A stretch of DNA of 47,013 bases from a virus (lineage: Duplodnaviria; Heunggongvirae; Uroviricota; Caudoviricetes). This document shows, piece after piece, positions 42,207-47,013 of this stretch. How positions within the stretch are numbered: the first letter of the stretch is position 1; each line of letters opens with the position of its first letter. The translations under genes were made by a program, and so were the position numbers. Under the pieces are notes generated by a model. That model searched no databases. It saw only the letters and a list, made by a program, of their open reading frames with translations, and was not told where the DNA came from. The DNA lies in the IMG/VR virus record IMGVR_UViG_2541047907_000003; one strand, 5' to 3'.

Positions 42207-42263
42207 TTCTGGTGACGTTTGGCGGTATCAGTTTTACTCCGTGACTGCTCTGCCGCCGTTTTT
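42207..42263 (+). ncRNA. dicF: DicF small regulatory RNA
   Basis: TTTCTGGTGACGTTTGGCGGTATCAGTTTTACTCCGTGACTGCTCTGCCGCC followed by GTTTTT; matches the DicF sequence as I recall it, immediately upstream of dicB. Confidence 0.8.
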
Positions 42264-42432
42264 AAAGTGAATTTTGTGATGCGGTGAATGCGGCTAAGCG
42301 CACGCGGAACAGTTAAAACCAAAAACAGTGTTATGGGTGGATTCTCTGTATCCGGCGTTAATTGTTAACTGGTTAACGTCACCTGGAGGCACCAGGCACT
42401 GCATCACAAAATTCATTGTTGAGGACGCGATA

Positions 42433-42621
42433 ATGAAAACGTTATTACCAAACGTTAATACGTCTGAAGGTTGTTTTGAAATTGGTGTCACTATCAGTAA
42501 CCCTGTATTTACTGAAGATGCCATTAACAAGAGAAAACAAGAACGGGAGCTATTAAATAAAATATGCATTGTTTCAATGCTGGCTCGTTTACGTCTGATG
42601 CCAAAAGGATGTACACAATGA
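42433..42621 (+). CDS. dicB: cell division inhibitor DicB
   Basis: track ORF 42328..42621; start at MKTLLPNVNTSEGCFEIGVTISNPVFTEDAINKRKQERELLNKICIVSMLARLRLMPKGCTQ (62 aa). Confidence 0.85.
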   Translation: MKTLLPNVNTSEGCFEIGVTISNPVFTEDAINKRKQERELLNKICIVSMLARLRLMPKGCTQ

Positions 42622-42809
42622 ATTCAGCATTTGCGCTTGTTCTGACAGTTTTTCTTGTTTCCGGAGAGCCAGTTGATATTGCAGACAGTGTTCACAGGAC
42701 AATGCAGGAGTGTATGACTGCAGCAACCGAACAGAAAATTCCCGGTAACTGTTACCCGGTCGATAAAGTTATTCACCAGGATAATATCGAAATCCCGGCA
42801 GGTCTTTAA
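42618..42809 (+). CDS. ydfD: YdfD-like small membrane protein
   Basis: track ORF 42564..42809; start at MNSAFALVLTVFLVSGEPVDIADSVHRTMQECMTAATEQKIPGNCYPVDKVIHQDNIEIPAGL (63 aa); ATGA overlap with dicB stop. Confidence 0.7.
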   Translation: MNSAFALVLTVFLVSGEPVDIADSVHRTMQECMTAATEQKIPGNCYPVDKVIHQDNIEIPAGL

Positions 42810-42902
42810 AACAGTTCCGTAATAAATATCCGGTTTCATTCTTATATGCCAGCAATGGCAGGGATTTGTTCATCCTTAAATCTGTCATGAGGTTAAAACA
42901 AA

Positions 42903-45374
42903 ATGAGTAAAGTCTTTATTTGCGCCGCTATTCCTGACGAACTGGCAACAAGGGAAGAAGGCGCTGTGGCTGTAGCCACAGCCATTGAAGCTGGCGACGA
43001 ACGCCGTGCTCGAGCAAAATTTCACTGGCAGTTCCTGGAACATTATCCGGCTGCTCAGGACTGCGCTTATAAATTTATTGTCTGCGAGGATAAACCTGGC
43101 ATACCCCGCCCTGCCCTCGATTCATGGGATGCTGAATATATGCAGGAAAACCGCTGGGATGAGGAGTCTGCTTCTTTTGTCCCGGTTGAGACTGAATCCG
43201 ATCCGATGAACGTCACTTTTGACAAGCTGGCCCCTGAAGTACAGAACGCTGTCATGGTTAAGTTCGACACATGTGAAAACATCACCGTTGATATGGTTAT
43301 TAGCGCACAGGAATTGTTGCAGGAAGACATGGCAACATTCGACGGACATATCGTTGAAGCGTTGATGAAAATGCCAGAAGTTAACGCCATGTATCCGGAG
43401 CTTAAGTTGCACGCCATTGGGTGGGTTAAGCATAAATGTATTCCTGGTGCTAAATGGCCCGAAATTCAGGCAGAGATGCGCATCTGGAAAAAACGTCGCG
43501 AAGGTGAACGCAAGGAAACCGGAAAATACACGTCTGTTGTTGATCTCGCCCGCGCCAGAGCCAATCAACAGTACACTGAAAATTCAACAGGAAAAATCAG
43601 CCCGGTCATTGCTGCCATTCATCGCGAATACAAGCAGACATGGAAAACACTGGATGACGAACTGGCCTACGCTCTCTGGCCTGGTGATGTGGATGCCGGA
43701 AACATTGACGGCAGCATCCATCGCTGGGCAAAAAAAGAAGTTATCGACAACGACCGCGAAGACTGGAAGCGTATCTCGGCATCAATGCGCAAACAGCCTG
43801 ATGCCCTTCGCTACGACCGCCAAACTATTTTTGGCCTTGTCCGTGAGCGTCCGATCGACATTCACAAAGATCCCGTAGCACTGAACAAATATATCTGCGA
43901 ATACCTGACGACAAAGGGCGTGTTTGAGAATGAAGAAACAGGCCTGGGCACTGTTGATGTTCTCCAGTCATCAGAAACACAAACTGATGCAGTGGAAACT
44001 GAGGTATCTGATATCCCAAAAAATGAAACCGCGCCGGAAGCTGAACCATCTGTAGAGCGTGAGGGGCCGTTCTATTTCCTCTTCGCAGATAAGGACGGAG
44101 AAAAATACGGTCGCGCAAACAAACTTTCTGGTCTGGATAAGGCACTGGCTGCTGGCGCCACTGAAATCACAAAAGAAGAATATTTTGCCCGAAAAAATGG
44201 CACATACACGGGCTTACCGCAAAATGTAGATACCGCTGAAGATTCAGAACAACCAGAGCCGATAAAAGTTACCGCTGACGAAGTAAACAAAATTATGCAG
44301 GCAGCCAATATCAGCCAGCCTGACGCCGATAAGTTGCTTGCTGCATCACATGGTGAATTTGTTGAAGGGATTAGTGACCCGAATGATCCGAAATGGGTTA
44401 AGGGGATCCAGACCCGCGATTCTGTGAACCAGAACCAGCATGAATCGGAACGGAACTACCAAAAAGCGGAACAAAACAGCCCAAATGCGTTACAAAACGA
44501 GCCAGAAACGAAACAGCCTGAACCAGTGGCGCAACAGGAAGTGGAAAAAGTCTGCACCGCCTGCGGTCAGACCGGCGGCGGCAACTGCCCTGATTGTGGC
44601 GCGGTGATGGGCGACGCAACATACCAAGAAACATTCGATGAAGAGTATCAGGTTGAAGTTCAGGAAGATGATCCGGAGGAAATGGAAGGCGCTGAACATC
44701 CACACAAGGAGAACACTGGCGGCAATCAGCATCACAATAGCGATAATGAAACTGGCGAGACGGCAGATCACTCAATTAAGGTGAACGGTCATCACGAAAT
44801 CACATCCACCAGCAGGACGTGTGACCATCTAATGATCGACCTTGAAACCATGGGAAAAAATCCTGATGCACCGATCATCTCAATAGGTGCAATATTTTTC
44901 GATCCGCAAACCGGAGATATAGGACCGGAATTTAGTAAGACTATCGATCTGGAAACTGCTGGCGGAGTCATTGATCGGGACACCATTAAATGGTGGCTTA
45001 AGCAATCACGCGAAGCACAATCTGCCATTATGACCGATGAAATCCCGTTAGATGATGCACTGTTACAATTGCGGGAATTTATCGACGAAAACTCCGGTGA
45101 ATTTTTTGTTCAGGTTTGGGGAAATGGAGCCAACTTCGACAACACGATTTTGCGCCGTTCATACGAACGGCAGGGGATCCCCTGCCCGTGGCGTTACTAC
45201 AACGATCGCGATGTACGCACAATCGTTGAGCTGGGGAAAGCCATAGATTTCGATGCCAGAACGGCTATTCCATTCGAAGGTGAGCGCCATAATGCACTTG
45301 ATGACGCCCGTTACCAAGCAAAATACGTTTCAGTTATCTGGCAAAAACTGATCCCGAGTCAGGCTGATTCTTAA
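42903..45374 (+). CDS. large exonuclease with C-terminal DnaQ-like DEDDh 3'-5' exonuclease domain
   Basis: 823-aa ORF; acidic N-terminal two thirds, Cys4 cluster CTACGQTGGGNCPDCG, C-terminal MIDLETMG...WGNGANFD...HNALDDARY motifs. Confidence 0.75.
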   Translation: MSKVFICAAIPDELATREEGAVAVATAIEAGDERRARAKFHWQFLEHYPAAQDCAYKFIVCEDKPGIPRPALDSWDAEYMQENRWDEESASFVPVETESDPMNVTFDKLAPEVQNAVMVKFDTCENITVDMVISAQELLQEDMATFDGHIVEALMKMPEVNAMYPELKLHAIGWVKHKCIPGAKWPEIQAEMRIWKKRREGERKETGKYTSVVDLARARANQQYTENSTGKISPVIAAIHREYKQTWKTLDDELAYALWPGDVDAGNIDGSIHRWAKKEVIDNDREDWKRISASMRKQPDALRYDRQTIFGLVRERPIDIHKDPVALNKYICEYLTTKGVFENEETGLGTVDVLQSSETQTDAVETEVSDIPKNETAPEAEPSVEREGPFYFLFADKDGEKYGRANKLSGLDKALAAGATEITKEEYFARKNGTYTGLPQNVDTAEDSEQPEPIKVTADEVNKIMQAANISQPDADKLLAASHGEFVEGISDPNDPKWVKGIQTRDSVNQNQHESERNYQKAEQNSPNALQNEPETKQPEPVAQQEVEKVCTACGQTGGGNCPDCGAVMGDATYQETFDEEYQVEVQEDDPEEMEGAEHPHKENTGGNQHHNSDNETGETADHSIKVNGHHEITSTSRTCDHLMIDLETMGKNPDAPIISIGAIFFDPQTGDIGPEFSKTIDLETAGGVIDRDTIKWWLKQSREAQSAIMTDEIPLDDALLQLREFIDENSGEFFVQVWGNGANFDNTILRRSYERQGIPCPWRYYNDRDVRTIVELGKAIDFDARTAIPFEGERHNALDDARYQAKYVSVIWQKLIPSQADS

Positions 45375-45446
45375 TGTTCAACTGTCGCCGGTTGTGACTG
45401 GTATTCTGCAACCGGCGCTCGTCTGATGTAAGAGATAAAGAAATCG

Positions 45447-45698
45447 ATGAGCGAAGTAATCATGATTGTCTCTCCCGGCAAATGGGTATCCGAAGAGCAG
45501 TTAATTGCGCTGAAAGGAATAAAAAAAGGTACGTTAAAAAAGGCCCGGGAAAAATCGTTTATGGAAGGAAGGGAATATAAGCATGTCGCTCATGACGGTA
45601 TGCCATGGGATAACAGTCCATGCTTTTACAACCTGGAAGAAATTGATCGCTGGATTGAGCGCCAGGCATCAGCAAGACCAAGACGTCATCTTACTTGA
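45447..45698 (+). CDS. excisionase-like small protein
   Basis: 83-aa ORF MSEVIMIVSPGKWVSEEQLIALKGIKKGTLKKAREKSFMEGREYKHVAHDGMPW immediately upstream of the integrase; assignment by position. Confidence 0.5.
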   Translation: MSEVIMIVSPGKWVSEEQLIALKGIKKGTLKKAREKSFMEGREYKHVAHDGMPWDNSPCFYNLEEIDRWIERQASARPRRHLT

Positions 45699-45717
45699 CT
45701 AAAAGCCACACTAACTA

Positions 45718-47013
45718 ATGAGAGAAGTTGAAATGAAATATCCGACAGGCGTGGAAAACCATGGAGGGAAATTACGTATCTGGTTTGTTTATAAAGGCGT
45801 AAGAGTCAGGGAAAACCTGGGGGTTCCTGACACAGCAAAAAACAGGCGCGTTGCAGGTGAGCTACGCGCCTCTGTTTGTTACGCAATAAAAACTGGTGTT
45901 TTCGACTATGCAAAACAGTTTCCCTCCTCACGCAATCTGGAAAAATTTGGTGAGACCCGACAAGATTTAACCATAAAAGAACTGGCTGAAAAATTTCTGG
46001 CACTGAAAGAAACTGAAGTCGCAAAAACATCACTCAACACATACCGTGCCGTCATCAAAAATATCCTGAGCATAATCGGTGAAAAAAATCTTGCCTCATC
46101 GATTAATAAAGAAAAATTACTGGAGGTTCGTAAAGAGCTACTGACTGGATACCAGAGCCCCAAAAGTAACTATATTGTTACACAACCAGGGAGATCGGCT
46201 GTAACTGTAAATAATTACATGACAAATCTTAACGCCGTGTTCCAGTTTGGTGTTGATAACGGTTACCTGGCAGATAACCCGTTTAAGGGGATCTCGCCAT
46301 TAAAGGAATCAAGAACCATTCCGGATCCTCTTTCGCGGGAGGAATTCATCCGTCTTATCGATGCGTGCAGAAATCAGCAAGCCAAAAATTTATGGTGTGT
46401 TTCTGTTTATACTGGCGTTCGCCCTGGTGAGCTGTGTGCACTTGGATGGGAGGACATAGATCTGAAAAATGGAACAATGATGATCAGGAGAAATTTAGCA
46501 AAAGACCGTTTCACGGTACCAAAAACACAGGCGGGAACCAATCGGGTCATTCATCTTATTAAGCCAGCAATCGACGCTCTCCGGAGTCAGATGACATTAA
46601 CGAGACTGAGCAAAGAGCATATCATTGATGTTCACCTCAGAGAGTATGGCAGAACAGAAAAACATAAATGCACCTTTGTTTTTCAACCTGAAGTGTCAGC
46701 GAGAGTAAAAAATTATGGTGACCATTTTACCGTTGACTCAATAAGGCAGATGTGGGACGCAGCGATAAAACGTGCCGGACTCCGCCATCGAAAATCATAT
46801 CAGTCGAGACATACTTATGCCTGCTGGTCGCTGACAGCTGGTGCTAACCCGGCATTTATAGCAAACCAGATGGGCCATGCAGATGCGCAAATGGTATTTC
46901 AGGTATACGGAAAATGGATGTCTGAAAACAATAATGCACAGGTAGCTTTGTTAAATACACAGTTAAGCGAGTTTGCCCCAACCATGCCCCATAACGAAGC
47001 AATGAAAAATTAA
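45718..47013 (+). CDS. tyrosine site-specific integrase
   Basis: 431-aa ORF ending at the last base of the window; catalytic region ...HRKSYQSRHTYACWSL... (R/H-x-x-R/Y signature); alternative start MKYPTGV at 45733. Confidence 0.9.
   Translation: MREVEMKYPTGVENHGGKLRIWFVYKGVRVRENLGVPDTAKNRRVAGELRASVCYAIKTGVFDYAKQFPSSRNLEKFGETRQDLTIKELAEKFLALKETEVAKTSLNTYRAVIKNILSIIGEKNLASSINKEKLLEVRKELLTGYQSPKSNYIVTQPGRSAVTVNNYMTNLNAVFQFGVDNGYLADNPFKGISPLKESRTIPDPLSREEFIRLIDACRNQQAKNLWCVSVYTGVRPGELCALGWEDIDLKNGTMMIRRNLAKDRFTVPKTQAGTNRVIHLIKPAIDALRSQMTLTRLSKEHIIDVHLREYGRTEKHKCTFVFQPEVSARVKNYGDHFTVDSIRQMWDAAIKRAGLRHRKSYQSRHTYACWSLTAGANPAFIANQMGHADAQMVFQVYGKWMSENNNAQVALLNTQLSEFAPTMPHNEAMKN

Overview
This window is almost an entire lambdoid prophage of an Escherichia-type host, read in reverse orientation relative to the phage lambda map. 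Calls rest on recognising the six-frame translations from memory and on reading motifs by eye; no search or computation was run, and coordinates I derived myself (hairpins, operators, small ORFs, IS ends) may be off by 1-2 nt.

Layout, left to right:
- 98-22980 (minus strand): a lambda-like morphogenesis block in lambda order reversed (tfa, stf, lom, J, I, K, L, M, H, G/G-T, V, U, Z, FII, FI, E, D, C/Nu3, B, W, A, Nu1).
- ~22985-23200: a lambda-type cos site.
- 23.2-25.3 kb: an AT-rich moron block (RHH ORF, GnsB-like, cspI).
- 25.6-27.2 kb: a P21/Qin-type lysis cassette (pinholin, extra small gene, signal-anchored lysozyme, Rz with embedded Rz1).
- 27.4-33.3 kb: cspB/cspF, antiterminator Q, a DUF968-like protein, hokD, relBE and flxA.
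- 33.4-39.4 kb: an IS-disrupted segment holding two insertion sequences (an integrase-core transposase element and a 1310-bp IS629-like IS3-family element) that flank an AT-rich orphan P-loop NTPase.
- 39.3-41.2 kb: a replication initiator with an internal iteron origin, cut by the IS629-like element, then the immunity region (YdaT-like, Cro/DicC-like, DicA-like repressor, TGTTAG/CTAACA operators).
- 41.2-47.0 kb: the dicB operon with DicF sRNA, a large DEDDh exonuclease, an excisionase-like gene and a tyrosine integrase whose stop codon is the last base of the window.

Most interesting for follow-up: (1) the AT-rich 495-aa NTPase between the two IS elements, a candidate uncharacterised defence or abortive-infection gene; (2) the IS629-like insertion at the replication origin with no clean target-site duplication; (3) the stacked toxin/antitoxin and host-control modules (hokD, relBE, dicF/dicB). 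Many long ORFs in the track are antisense shadow frames and were rejected.
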